A stretch of DNA of 64,000 nucleotides, from the NCBI RefSeq assembly GCF_009834535.1, contig NC_045696.1:84942001-85006000 (forward strand), in the 5' to 3' direction. Shown here one piece after another: positions 38,860 through 52,395 of the stretch. The stretch is from Camelus ferus. Its lineage: Eukaryota. The notes under the pieces were generated by a model that was not told the DNA's origin, did not search any database, and saw nothing but the letters and a program-made list of their open reading frames with translations. A program made the translations under genes and the position numbers. The stretch's first letter is position 1. Each line of letters begins with the position of its first letter.

Positions 38860-39265
38860 CAGTGGTTTAGATATTTCCTGAGAGTTACGTCATATGCTAG
38901 GGACACAGTTTCCACTTAAACGATACATTCTTCATATTTAAATGAAAAAGAAGAAAATGTTTTGTGATAGGCAGACTCTCCCTTCCTGTCTTTGAAGAAG
39001 CTTGCTGACATGTTTTGAGGTACCTAGAAAGAGATCCACCTGGCGGAGGAATGAGAGAAGCTTCCAGCTGATAGCCAGAAGAAAGTGAGGCCCTCATTCT
39101 GACAGCCCACAAGGCCAGCGCTGGCCCTACGGCCTTGCTGAACACCCAGCCATGCTGCACCTGGGCTCCTGACCCGCAGAAGCAGTGAGGAAGGAAATAA
39201 ATGTGGGTTGTTTAAAGCTGTATGTTTGTGCTCGTTTTTTTACATACCAATAGAAAACTAATACA
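38860..39265 (+). mobile_element. MLT1 (E/F-like) LTR fragment
   Basis: cttccagctgatagccagaagaaagtgaggccctca...aataaatgtgggttgtttaaagc...caatagaaaactaataca. Confidence 0.75.
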
Positions 39266-41654
39266 GATATGGAATATTTTAAAACTATACTTTGATGTAT
39301 TTAATTTGCCCATGAATAATCCCTGGTAAGCCATTTTGTGAAAATGTATTTGTCTATTATGTTAAAAATAGACCACATTATTACCAAATAGCATTCTCAG
39401 AACTCACTAGAGCTTTTCCGCCCTGGATGTAACTTTGTTACTGTTAGTCTCTAGAAGTAGTTGCTTTAAAAAGGATCTCCAAATTGGGACACTCTATGTG
39501 TTTATGTGCATGTGGAAGGCATTTTCCAAATAAAGCAGCTTTCAAAAGCACGTCACATTGTTCCTTATTTGGATATAATCATCCTAGTGATATACATTTT
39601 AATTCAAACCTAAAATTAATAGAGATTTGAAAATGTGGACTATATGCCTGGTAGTTTAAAAAGTAAGTTTAAAAAATTGTAAATGGCCATCATGCCACAT
39701 GGTGCAGGGAAAGTGAACATTTGGTAGATGCTTTTTACCTCCAGTAGTTGTTTCACTAAATTTGTGTTTATAGCAGATAACTCTATTTTTAATGCTGTCT
39801 TATTACTTTCAATTAATAAGCCATTACAGTGAACTTGTCAATTTTATTTTTGTCCCACCTAGGAGAAAGTTCATTCTGCTGTATAAACATTCAGATCATC
39901 TAAATTGCAAAGCTTGCTCAAATGTTTTTTAAGTCACCTATTCTGACTAATTAAGTCCTTAGCACCATCACTGTTTACATTTATCAAGCAGAAAATGGAA
40001 AGAAATCTTTTCAAACAAAGTACTTTTGTGGCCTCAGGGAAATGTGAACCATAAAGACAATGAGAATACAAATCAACAAAATGAATGCTCAGATTGTTAT
40101 ATTGTGTCTGTTTTAAAAACAGCTATTCCCAGAAAGAAAAAAGAAACTAATTCTTATATATGGAATATAACTTAGAAAATTACTTCTAGCTTTCCACAGC
40201 CTCATTATTTTGTGTAAATTATTTTGTGGCAGGAATTCATTATGTACAATTATGCTAAACATCAGTAAAAATACATTGTTGAGCACTGAATTAGTAAAAT
40301 TTGGATTATTCACCATTTAGTGTCATCTCTTATATTTCCAACACTAAGTTAGTCATTCTCACCAAAGCTTAAAATGCAATTCTTCTTTTCTTGGCATTAT
40401 CCTCATTTAAAACTGTGTTCCCAAATATTTCTCATAAACAACCCTCAAAACCGTTGGGCTTTCTCTCCTTTAATCTACTTATCTCACTGTAAAAGCTTCT
40501 CTGAGAGCACTGGCCATGACTATCATAATGTGACTTGTGTTTCTAAACTAACAAAGTGAATGCCCAGCAAATACTTGTTAGATGGCAGAACTGTCTCAGA
40601 CCAGTAGGATTCTAAGGCTAAATTACATTTGCATCATAAATCTTAATTCATGAATTATTAAATTGGTCCTTGACTCAATTATTCTACAGGTCTTAAATTT
40701 AGCTTCCCAAGAAAGCTTAACAACCTTATGTATCATTGTATAGTTAACATGTAACATTTTTACTTGTGCATTTTGAAATTCATACATATTTTGAGCAAGC
40801 ATAGAAGCACACAATAGGCATGAGGTAAGAGAGGTCTGATCTATGAACAGCTATGGTAGGGTAGAGGGGAGTAGTCTGTAGATCATATAAAAGAATTCAT
40901 ACACCTACTAATTTCAGTTTGCTTTTTGCTATCACCATGTTTATCAATTCTAAATGATGTCAATGATAAAATTTTCTTCCCCAGTATGGTGGACCACCCC
41001 CACAACTATGCCTTGGCAAATTACTAAAGAAGAAATCCATAAAGAAAAATGTTGCATAGTTCATTTGTAGAATCTTATTTGCCTCACATTCCTGAAGGGA
41101 AGTGTGAACTTTTCAGTAAGGAACATAAGTTCATAAACTGAAGTCATGAGCGGTTTTAATTAGGAGATTATAACAAGGCAAAAAGTTTAATAACTAAGAG
41201 TATATAATAAACAGCAATTTTATAATGTAGTTGTTTTCAAATTTAAAAAGAAAGAAAAAGTGCAACTTTTATATAGCATATGCAGTCTAACAGCTTGAGA
41301 CTATTATTGGAAACGTGTAACTGAAACCCAGTAGGCTTGTTCTTAGTTTTCTAGTTTATTTGTTTTTAATTATTATGTTTTATTCAGTGGTTAGTGGGTG
41401 GGTGCTTTTTGTGATTTGAAAACTTTCATTAAAAAATGGCATAAATATCAAGGAACAAATAGTAAGCATTACTAATATTGTACAATACTAGCTTTAGAAG
41501 ACATTGAGTGGCAAGTGGGCTATATTTTATATCAATTTAGTATTTTTCTGTGTATGTTTTACTAGTTTAAACTGTGATTGTTTTCGTTTTTCATACGTAG
41601 ACTCATAGAACTTGGCTCATGCTCAACCTCAACAAAAGGCTGTATGACATTTCC

Positions 41655-41760
41655 ACATGTGCATGTCTGTCTCCTCACTTGGCCATAAGTAAGTTGCCAG
41701 AACATCTGTGTCCCTCCTGGGGGCTAGCACAGTGCAGTGCATATGTTGAATAAATATTGT
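41655..41760 (+). mobile_element. L2 3' end fragment
   Basis: tgtctgtctcctcact...gctagcacagtgc...aataaatattg. Confidence 0.5.
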
Positions 41761-41779
41761 AAAAGATTGTTAAAAAAAA

Positions 41780-42230
41780 AAAAGTAACACATGCTCATAG
41801 GAAAGGCAGAAAATAGGATAATAAAAATGAAGAAAATGAAAATCACAAAAATCTCTGACCAGAAGAAAATACCATTTTTATACATGTCAGTACTTATTCT
41901 TTAGACTTGTTATATTTATACTTATGTTATAAAAGGAGTCAGGGTATGGATACTTTCCACCAATTATGTTTTAAAACTTAACATTACTATTTTCCACTAT
42001 TCCATAAGAAATCAAATTTGACAATAATCACATTCAACACCTGTATGTTCTATTGTAAATACGAATTTAAGCATTAAACATCTCATTAGAATATTATTTT
42101 GCTATTATAAACAATATTCTACAATAATTATATTTATAGATAAATTGTGATGCTCATTTTTATTGATTCTTTCATATTAATTCCTGTAGGTGGATTTTCA
42201 TAGCAGAGGGTACGTAGGGGCTACTTTATA
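41780..42230 (-). mobile_element. Ancient L1ME-like 3' fragment
   Basis: aaagtaacacatgctcat...ttttgctattataaacaat...attaattcctgtaggtggatt. Confidence 0.45.
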
Positions 42231-42254
42231 TGTGAAGGTTTACGGTCCCCTCAC

Positions 42255-42696
42255 ACATACAGGCACCTGATTCCCATGAGCTTTCCAAGGGACTGTGAAA
42301 ATACTTGAGTCAAAAAGAAAATTATGAGTTAGTTTAAAAATGTTTAAATAAAGTGACAAAAGCAAAATTAATAAATTGCCTTAAAAGTAACACTATTAAT
42401 TTAACAAAATGACGATATTTAATATTGCTAAAATTCTACCTTGTAGACATACTTTATTGCTGAAATATTTTTACTTCAAAAGAAATTTTAAGTAGGCATT
42501 ATATTTGCACTCCACACAGGCAAACCATTTTGTAAGTAACATTTTAATATTATTCAAATATTCACAGCAAAAATATTATCATTAAACATGGTTGTAATTT
42601 AATGTATTTGATATACTGTTGCATATATTTGATGTGGAATGGGATATCCAAAAGTAAGGTTAACTATGGTCTATGAAGTCTTTAGAGTGGTCCTGG
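42255..42696. mobile_element. hAT-Tip100-like non-autonomous DNA transposon (ORSL/MER115-like)
   Basis: cccatgagctttccaagggactgtgaaaatacttgag...; ends ccaaaagtaagg...ggtctatgaagtctttagagtggtcctg. Confidence 0.45.
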
Positions 42697-43084
42697 AATG
42701 TAGATTTTTAAGAGGATGATATGTATTATTAACAGAAGGTTTTACAAATTTGTAAATATTTCAAGAAACTTGACACACAAATTGATTGAATGAATTTCAG
42801 TGCTGCATTAGATTCAAACCCTTCTTCAGTTTCCTGATGGAAATTCTGAAGTTGACCTACATGCCAGAGAACAATACCTTTTTAAGATATTTTACCATTG
42901 ATAATGAAGCAACACATTCTGCTTCAGAGGTATAATGATAGTTATCCATTTAAAATAGTAACAGTTCACCTGCACTGATTTATTTAAGTGGGATTTGAAA
43001 AATTGTGCAATTTCAAATAGCAAAGAATAAAACATAAGAGGGATGGGGAAGGACAATTTAGTTTGTCAGAATGTGAGTCCTCAT

Positions 43085-43572
43085 ACCAACTTTGTTTTTC
43101 TTTGTGATGAGAACTCTTAGGGTTTACTCTCTTAGCAACTTTCATATATAACGCACAGCAGTGTTAATCACACTGATCATGTTATACAGTTCATCCCTAG
43201 TACTTATTTATCTTGTGACTGGAAGCTTGTACCTTTGATGACCTTCATCCAACTCCTCCTCCCCCAACCCACCACCTCTGGTAACCACAAATCTCATCTC
43301 TTTTTCTATGAGTTTCTTTTTTGTGTATTTTTGAAGTGTAACTGACCTACAACATTGTGAGTTCCTATTATACAACATAGTGATTTGATATTTCTGTACA
43401 TTTCAAAATGACCACCATGATAATAAGTCTGGTTACCATTGTCACCATACAAAGAATGTTACATAATTATAGACTATATTCCCCATGCTGTTCATGTCAC
43501 ATTCATAACTTGTTTATTTTGCAGCTGAAAGTTTGTGCCTCTTCAGCTTTTTCACCTACTTGTCCCCCCACC
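43085..43572 (-). mobile_element. L1 3' UTR (laurasiatherian L1MA9-derived) containing two tandem 3'-UTR-like modules
   Basis: gtgatgagaactcttagggtttactctcttagcaactttc...cctctggtaaccacaaatc, then ttttgaagtgtaactgacctacaacattg... Confidence 0.8.
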
Positions 43573-43924
43573 TGTTTATCTTTCCTCATACCAGTTTTCA
43601 AGGAGAGAGTATTGTCTTTGATTCAGTGTAGTATATTAGTGATTAGCATAATTATAACACCATCTTACAGTTAACTGGTTAGTTTCTCTTACATTTAATT
43701 TCTCTGAACTATTTTCTTTCCTTTTCTATCAAGGGCAGATCTGAGAAGATCTGAAAGAGAGATCATGCCCAGAGCAGAGATAACAATCACTATCCAGGAG
43801 CAAGATGGGGGATGAACGAGGTAAGGGGCCCTACAAGAAGAACAACAAACACACCTACTGCAGGTGTGGTGAGAATGGTCTAAAGAGCACATGCCAGTTT
43901 GCTTTACATCAACCAATGATTTTG

Positions 43925-44140
43925 CTTAACACTTAAAGTGAAACTTCAAATTCTTTTCCCTGGCCTTGACATTGTCTCTAATATTAACCTGAACTACTTT
44001 TGTGCTCATGGCATTCCAGCCACCCTGTCTGTCTCATGCATCTTGTCTTTATAGTATAGATAACCTGCAATTCTATCCCTCCTTCTTCTCTACACAATGA
44101 ACACCTTCCTATCATCTTTTCCAAGAGCTATTTCCTAAAA
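43925..44140 (+). mobile_element. L2 fragment
   Basis: acacttaaagtgaaacttcaaattctttt...cattccagccaccctg...aacaccttcctatcatc; the 3' end appears at about 44480-44595. Confidence 0.5.
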
Positions 44141-44213
44141 AACCCTTAATATTTATATGTCCATTACTTTATCCCACGGTGTCCAATACAGGCTTCTCTG
44201 AAAACATCTAGGT

Positions 44214-44426
44214 CAGGGTTACTCAACCTTGGCACTATTGACATTTTGGACCAGATAAATCTTGTTTGGGAGGACTGTCTTATGCGTCGTAAGACGGTTA
44301 GCACTATCCCTGGCCTCTACTCTTTAGCGTGCCAGTAGCATCCCACCAAGTTTTGGCAACCAAGAGTGTCTCCAGATGTTGCTAACCACCCCCCAGTGAC
44401 AAAATTATGCCTGGTTGAAATCACTG
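44214..44426 (+). mobile_element. MER20 hAT-Charlie MITE
   Basis: cagggttactcaaccttggcactattgacattttggaccagataa...gtctccagatgttgc...cctggttgaaatcactg; 8-bp TSD atctaggt/atttagat (6/8). Confidence 0.92.
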
Positions 44427-45233
44427 ATTTAGATCTATTGTGCTCCCTTGTTCAGAGCCTTGTCATCCCCTATTATGGTATCTGCCCCTGAGAGTAAACA
44501 TCACTGTGTCTGACTTATCTCAGTATCCCCCACACTTATCCCAGGACCAGACTCTAAGAAAACACTTGAGTGAAGTATTTATTATATAAAATGAACATAT
44601 CTTTAAATCCTATTGGCTGTTGAAGTCTCACAATTAAATTCCTCCCCAGAAATAGCCCTAACCAAAGGACACCCAAGATTATGCCCTTTTCCTGGGAGCA
44701 GCTTCCGTCTGTTGAAGTTGATATACAAAGGTAAGCTCCTGTGTCTCATTTCAGGTCATGTCCCATGCTCCTAAATTTGCAGGACTGGCTGACACCTCTG
44801 TTTTCCTTCCAACCTTACAGATGTTGTTCTCAATTGCACTCCCTAAAAAACTACCTTGCTATATATGTAGGGACCCAATCTGTACAGAAGGTAGCCCCTT
44901 TGAAAACTTAAAAAGTCAGATGCTTTTTTGTCCTCCTAAGCATGAAGATAATCAATGAAAGGAAACACTAAGAAAAAAATGCCACTGATTGTCATATCAA
45001 TAGAGAGATATAAAATACCCTTCTTAGGAAAAAAAACATATTTTATTGAATGTAGGGTATTAGAATTTTCAATGTAAAGGAGAAATTATTAGTGATCAGA
45101 AGGAAAAGACATTTTCCTCTGTTTACACAGTATGTCACAGTGGCTCCTTAATTGCTTTAGAGCACAATATTTACTATGTTAGCATGAATTGCTTTTTTTT
45201 TTCAGTTGATTAGTAATAAGAACATTTCAGTCT

Positions 45234-45295
45234 GAAGAAAGAAAAGGAAAGGAAAGAAGAAAAGGAAAGGAAAGAAAAAAAGGAAAGGGAAAAAA
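45234..45295. repeat. Purine-only (GAAAAGGAAAG)-like low-complexity repeat
   Basis: gaagaaagaaaaggaaaggaaagaagaaaaggaaaggaaagaaaaaaaggaaagggaaaaaa. Confidence 0.85.
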
Positions 45296-46168
45296 TTCCC
45301 CAGCCAGAATTCTTAAGCTTGGCCACAATTTAACACAGTAAGATATTTAAAGAAATAAAACGAATTCTGTTTCCTCAAGTATTATTTATATTCATACTAC
45401 AAACTCTATTTCTTATATTAGTCATGATCACAAGTTGGTCTCAGTGTTGTTTCTAACATAAAATCCAATTCCTATATTATCTTTATTTCTTTTCCTAATT
45501 TTAGAATCATTTTCCTGGCAGTTTTGACATTTACAGTTTTACACTGCTTATTTTTAAATTTTAAAAAATATCTTCCTGGGATGAAAAAAACATTCAATAT
45601 CCTCCAATGCTAAACAAGAGAGTTAACATTTTTAAAAATATTATAGCAATTGCAAAGCAAGAAAAAATACGATGTTGCAAATCATCAAATATAGTGGAGC
45701 TTTGTTGTTGAACGTTTCAATGACGAACGATTGTATAGATGCATATCTACTGTGGGTCAAAGAGTACATAACTAAAATTAAATATGAAAAAGTGGGTAAG
45801 GCATGACCAATAGGATAGGAAATTAGACATATTTGTTGTTGCCATCGTTATGTAAGGGATTTTATGATCATTATTTTTATGGTTTGATCATTCAACTATT
45901 TGATTTTGTTCCTATATCACTTCTGCACAGTTATTGCAGTAAGAAAGTGATTCATTTTCAGACACAATGAGTTCCAATTCTCCTAATTATCATCACCGGC
46001 TATCAAGGAAGTCAAAACAAAGGAGAAATAGATTATAGAGAAAATTTGGTGGTAAATTTGGTGGCAAAACCCTTGTGCAAGTTTTGAAACTGTATTTATA
46101 TAGACAAGCATTTATTTCTCTTTAAATTTGGGATTTCAGTGAGTTATCCAGGAAGGGGAAGAACAAGA

Positions 46169-46320
46169 CAACCGGCCCTCCCTGTCTACGGCTGCAGCAC
46201 CTGTGGCTGCTGAGGGCCGACTGTACTGTGCCACTCTATGTGAGGGACTTCAGCATCCACAAATTTCAGTATCCGCTGGGGCCCTGGAACTGATCTCCCA
46301 CAGATACCAAAAGATGACTC
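46169..46320 (-). mobile_element. Tigger2/MER2-family MITE
   Basis: caaccggccctc...gagggccgactg internal inverted repeat, then agggacttcagcatccacaaatttcagtatccgctggggccctggaactgatctcccacagatacc...gactc|TA. Confidence 0.75.
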
Positions 46321-46555
46321 TAGAAGTAAATGTATTTAGGCTTCTTGGAGAGAATTGAGCACTTAGTCCTTCTCTTTCATCCCGAGAGTAATGTTTTATA
46401 TTAACCCTGGCCTTGATTCTCTAAACAGTCCCCCACCCTACCCCCCCCACACACACACTTGCTGCTGGGTGTAGTCGCAGTTCATTACATTTTCATCACT
46501 GTGAAAACATTCCAAATAGACTCAGATTCTTTTTTTTCCATTAGAATATAGATAT

Positions 46556-47024
46556 CTCCTTGTCTCTCACACTGTCTAACACAGTCCCTCTTCTCCTCCT
46601 TCTCCCACTCTTTTCTGTCTCCCACACCTGTCCTCTCTTGGTGTCTCTCTCCCTACTTCCTGCCTCTTCCTCACTTGCTCTCACACTCACACCCTCCCAG
46701 GCTCACACACACTCCCTGGCACTCACTCACTCTCACGTCCTTACCTGTTCTCTCGGCTCTCCCGCACCTTCTGTTTCTTGTTTACACCCCCAGCTTCTCA
46801 TTCTGTCAGAATTCCTGTCCTGCTCTCATGCTAGCACTCTCTTAACCTCTCTCTCTCCATCCTCTCTGGGTCTCTCTCTTTCAGTGTTTCTTACTCCTTA
46901 GCCTTTCCAAGACTTCTTCACATTCAGTCTTTCGCTCTTAAATCCTCTCTTGGGGTCTTGCTTTCACTCTCACACCCTCTCTTCTCTCTTTCCTTCACAC
47001 TCTCAGTCTTCTCTCTTTCTTTAC
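46556..47024. repeat. CT-rich low-complexity (polypyrimidine) tract
   Basis: About 470 bp dominated by ctct/ctcac motifs. Confidence 0.85.
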
Positions 47025-47227
47025 CAAGAAGGTGTGACCTTGGTTCAGGTAACGAGCTGATGTACTGAAGCAACACTACTGCCCTTTCAGACATGAGTCT
47101 CTGCTTCTTTACAGTAGGCTGTGAATTTTACAAGAACACAACAAGCCTGTTTTATATGTCACAAGCTTGTGATATAATAAAACAACATCTGAAGAAGAAA
47201 AGTACAGGCTCAAGAAAGCTCACATTG

Positions 47228-47399
47228 TATGTGAAATAGATAAACAGCAAGGTCCCACTGTATAGCACAGGGAACCACATTCAATACCTTGTCATAGCCT
47301 ACAGTGGAAAAGAATATGAAACTGAGTCACTAAGCTGTACACCAGAAATTAACAGCATTGCAAACCAACTATATTTCAAAAAAAATTTTGTAAGAAAAT
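47228..47399 (+). mobile_element. Very short L1 3' tail with perfect 14-bp TSD
   Basis: aaatagataaacagcaaggtcccactgtatagcacagggaac...tatttcaaaaaaaa; gaaagctcacattg at 47214-47227 and 47400-47413. Confidence 0.93.
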
Positions 47400-50300
47400 G
47401 AAAGCTCACATTGGAGTGCTGATAGTAGAAAGCTACAAGTTTGTGGTCTTCCAAACATAGACAAGTTTCTTTTAAGAAAAATATTTTCTTCAAGAAAAAT
47501 TGAAGCTGAAAGAAAACTCATTTTTTTCAATCTGATAGCTGTTCTGTCCTTATAAACTCTGAGTGCTTTCACTATCTCTTATTGTTAAAAGGGTCTGTGG
47601 AACACCTGGTGCATTTCCAGAACTTGCCAAGTTTTGCTCAGTGTCGATGTTAAGTACCTGGTGGGTTGGGAAGGCATGGCAGGGCTTAGCATCCCTCTGG
47701 CAAAAGATACGTAACAAGGACAACCCGTTCCTAGGGTAGCTGAAAATGACTCTTGCTTCAGAGTGTGTGAATAACCATACCTTTAGCTGAAACTGCATAA
47801 TAATAAATCCTTTTGATACAATTATTACAGTATGAAACTCCTGTGCCCATGAACCACTCCACACATTACACTCATAATTTAAACAAGGTCAGTTTGAGAG
47901 CTAACAGAGACCTCATCAGAAATTTTCAAGAACAAAGAAACTTGAGAGGGGCATGGTTAATTTTGTTTGGAAGAACTCTGTGTGAATTAAAGAAAGCATA
48001 ACAGAAGTTTTCTTACATTTGAGAGACTGCACATCACCAACAGCTAGCTGCCTTGGGTTGTACTAAAAGGTGGAGGTCAAAACTGCCCCATGTCCCTTGT
48101 CCCATGTCCCCTGAGGCTGAGTGTTACTCTTCAGAAGTAATTTACATGTCAAAGAAAGATTGCCATTTCTTTTTACCAAATGACAGCCAAACTTAACTTA
48201 CTTTTCTTCTTCAAACCTCATCAACTTAGGTCTGGATAATACTCTTTCCCTCCCAAAATTGATGAGAAACTCACTTTCCTCTAAATCTTTGGATTGATCA
48301 TTTACCTAAAGTTTCTTCTCTTTTCTATTGTTTATCTCACCTAGCTGTAGATGTAGGAATGTCTTTTTTCTTTTCTTTCTTTCTTTTTTTTTTTTTTGAT
48401 CAATTTGAGTATCAAAATTTTATTACTTTCCTTCAGGATCTTTAATTCTTTTTATTTTTGTTCTTATTAACCCCAATCTCCTTTTTAAATAATATTTTTT
48501 AACTAAGAAATCTAAGAAAGTTAACAGAATTGTATAAGTGTTTTCAGTAGTCTCTAAAGATCTGGAAAGAAGTTCAGGACCTTCCTTGTTCCAGTTAGGG
48601 AGCCTGAAGTTTCCTGTATTAATGATCATGTTGTGTAAATTATTTCATTTATCTGAATACAAGCTAACTTTCCTATCTTATTGCTGGATACCCTTTGATC
48701 CAATCACATGTAATACGTATAATTCCTTAAAAGCCAGTAAGACCTTTCTTGGGCTATTTCAACTTTTAGAAAATCTATACCCTTGAATACTTATAAAATT
48801 GAATTAGCCTTTTAAAGTCCAGGGAAATAAAACTGAATTTTTGAAGCTTTCCAAGATACAGTTACCTTTTTTACATGCTTATAGCACATTCAGGACTCTG
48901 GACAGTTATAGCTGATGCTAATGCTAAAATAATAGATAAAATTTATTGAATACTTATTACTTGTTAAGCACAAAAAAAGCATTGTCTTTTTTTTATTTTA
49001 AAGATAGTATTAATGAATAGGTAAACTTACCATATTTGTATGTGGTAATGCTACCATTTTAATCTAGGTTTATCTGCTTTTTAAGAATCCTGCACACTGT
49101 ATTTATATAAAATTGTTATATATTATTTTGAAAAATTATTTCATGCCTTAATCCCTTCAGTAGACTGAAATAAACTGAAATCCTAGAGCAGAAATCTTAT
49201 CTATTGTGTTTGACTACTAGTTTTTAGACTATTTATGGGCAAATAGTTTATACTTAATAAGTGAGTAAAAGAACGATGTAGTTGATTTCAGCACTGCCAA
49301 AGAAAGGACTGGGTGTTTCATTTCTAAGAGTTCATTTGAAAAAGGAGTCATTCATGGAAGGTTTAAGTTCAAATGTATGTATTATTTTTGTGTTCTTTCC
49401 AAGGTATTAAAATCTGCATTAACACACAAAATGAAAGGTATTTTCTTAGGTAATCGATTTGTGTCCACAAAAGATTTTTTAATTGTTACTGAAACCACGA
49501 ATCATTTCAGTCACTAACCTGGAAGACGAGACAGAGCCACAGAGCAGTAGAAGCATAGCAGTGTAGAACTGAGGTCTTACCTATTTATGGTCATTGACAC
49601 TTTTCAAAGGAAAGAACAAAAAATAATTTCAAAGCCTATGTGTGTTCCAATTTGTGAGATTTCCATCTACTCAACTAAATTTCTCCTGAACATTCAAATC
49701 TTCAAATGGAATTTCTTCCTGTGCTCAGCTGTCAAGAAATTTGTGGTATGGCATTATACAGCTGTCAGATTCCACCCACGGGACCTGATGTGGCAGTTTA
49801 CACAGCAAAACTTCCACTGACACTAGGGACGGTTACCATTTTTAGCATTTGCATGGAAAGAAGGAGAAGAATTGCTTCATTTGGAAAAATCTTCTTAGAA
49901 ATTCTTCCACACACAAAAAGAGAAAATATGCAAAGAATCAATTAAGCTTTTCAAAATATATTTTTAAAAAAATCAAAACCCAGAACACATTTGTTTTAAT
50001 TGCAGAAATTTATGAAAATACTGAAGATATTTTTATATTATGCCTTACAGTCTAGGCAAAAATCAACAATAACCTTCTTATAACATGCTCTCACTCTCAT
50101 CAAACAGAAAAACAAAGCAAATGACTCAGTGAATCTGAAATGAATCATGAAACAAAACACAAATCAAAGCAACTACTTTTGAAATACATTTAGGAAGAAG
50201 GGTTAAAAAAATGAAAGACTAGAAAGCTATTGCAAAATTTGAAAAGAGAAAATAGTCAGCAATCTTATAAGTTAAGTCTCTACTCAAAACTTACAACCAA

Positions 50301-51729
50301 TCTTTACATTCAAAACAGTATAAAGCAGATTTACGAAGTTAAATGTTGACGATTAGAGAAAGAAATTTTCAAGATGAAGGCTTTCGAGGGAAGTCTCAAT
50401 TCTGAGAATAAAGTGGAGTGGTTTCGTCACACAGCAGTGTTAACATCACATTGGCCTGAGAAGAATTAGCTGATGAGAGATCAGGAGTGTCAGGATCCTT
50501 CTCCCCACTTCTTCTGTCTTGGAGAAGTAATAGATGTGGCCAAAACAGAAACTGAGTGTACAATATCCAAAGGGAAATTTGCCCAAGATGAGTGCGGTGC
50601 AGTGTCCCTTTCATACTGTAAAGGCAGGTGGAGAGGCAGACTGCTTGCTCTCTGCCAGGGTCCTAGCCAGTGAGGGCTCTGGTCAGACATTCCACCCACA
50701 CCCCTAGATAGCTAGCAAGCAGCCTTTCCCGCCAATGAAATACACTTAAAATACCTGTTGCAATTTATATAGTCACCTCCTGCTAATTTGAACACAAATC
50801 TAAGAACTGTTAGACACTTGAGAATCAGCAACAAAAAACAAAAATTCAGGATTAAAAATAATAATAATAAAACTACTTTGGAACCCTTATTCTCTGCCTT
50901 GCCTATAATCTCTTTTACAATGAGTAAACTGACCTTGCGTATTCCCAAGTCCAGCTCCTCCAGTCCTGACCTGGATCCCAGCTCTCTGATGTACTCAGAG
51001 ATTTGGCTCTTGAAAGTATCTCCTTTCTTTAATGAATCATTGATTTTCCCCCTCAGTTATACTATACAAACATGTCATGATATGTTTTATTGCAAAACAA
51101 AACAAAAAAGTACCTTGACCTTTTATCTTCTGGGCAAATGCTAAGTTCCAATTTAGAACCAAACTCCGTGAGAGGCTGACTTGCTTCCTATTGTCTAAAT
51201 ATCCAATCAATCAGGCTTTTAGTAATATCACACCATCAATTAGATCTGCATTACCGGACCCAAAAGTCAGTTAAGACTCGCAGACTAGGAGCCCTCTAGG
51301 TAGGCAGGGATACCTAGTAAGTGCCCCTAGAAAAGCGGCAAGTGGTGACCTAAATCCAGCGAGCCCTGCCTGGTGCTGACTATGCAGCTTCCTGTTCCTG
51401 GTGGTGGCAGGGGCAGCTGTAGCTCTTGCTTCTTCCAAGAGAGCTAACTGCTCTGTCAGTTGCTGCACTAGAGCACAAAAGGAGACCTGTCACTTCTGGG
51501 AAGAAGAAGCTCTTCTTTGACATCCATACCTTAGTGTGTTTACTACTCAACCAGAATAAATGTATCTGCATTCGAGTGTATCATATATGACAACAAGGAT
51601 GTCATCTACAAAAATGTGATCACCAAATTGCAGCAGATGGCTCTTCAGAAAATATCTGAGATTGCTACTCTGAAAAAGGATAAGATTATTTGTAGAATAG
51701 TTGAGTTTTTAGCCCACAAAGCAGAAAAT

Positions 51730-51836
51730 GAGAATGTAAGTTGGTGCAGCCACTATGGAAAACAGTTTGGAGGTTCCTTGAAAAATTAAAAATAGAACTA
51801 CCATATAATGCAGCGGTCCCACACCTGGGCATATAC
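51730..51836 (+). mobile_element. Isolated internal L1 ORF2-end fragment
   Basis: gagaatgtaagttggtgcagccactatggaaaacagtttggaggttcc...atagaactaccatata ([21 protein letters not shown]). Confidence 0.9.
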
Positions 51837-52395
51837 AATGTAATGGAGAATTTTCTTTTACCTCTTTTAGAACACAAGATTTCATTTTCTATCCTGCCCA
51901 TGATGTTAGAGCTATACCTACTGTCCATTTGTGGAATTATACACTAGAAAACTAGTGAATTTTGCTAGATGGCTAGACAGAACATCAAAATGCTTGCTGA
52001 ACTACTCTGCCTTATGAGGATTCAGAACACTAAACACTAGGCAGTTAACACTGAGGAGGCAAAACACAAAACATCTGCAAATTTTCCAGATAATAGCTTT
52101 GATCATAGAACATGGGGAAATTAGTCATAGTCTGATACTCAAACTATGTCTTTCTAGGCACAAATGAAAACAATCATTGCCAAATGCCTAAAACAATGTA
52201 TCAGATGAATAAATATATTTGCATTTCCATTTCATCCAGTAGTCAGTTTTCATTCTTACTGAGGGCTCTTCTGCTATCTGACATTTCTCTTTCCACCTCC
52301 TGCTCCTTACCCTCTTTTTTTTTTTTTTTTTTTTTAATCTGCGCCAACACCTTTCACACTCTTACTGCCTCGTTAACAATCACCTCCTGTTTCTG

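Noticed and set aside
46560..46901. 113-aa Ser/Leu/Pro-rich ORF resembling a signal-peptide or mucin-like protein
   Set aside because: Artefact of the CT-rich low-complexity tract, in which stop codons are depleted.
50723..50736. E2F-like TTTCCCGCC overlapping CCAAT
   Set aside because: Single motif with no CpG island or other promoter context.
51290..51430. Possible CTCF motifs in a GC-richer patch
   Set aside because: Only partial matches to the core consensus.
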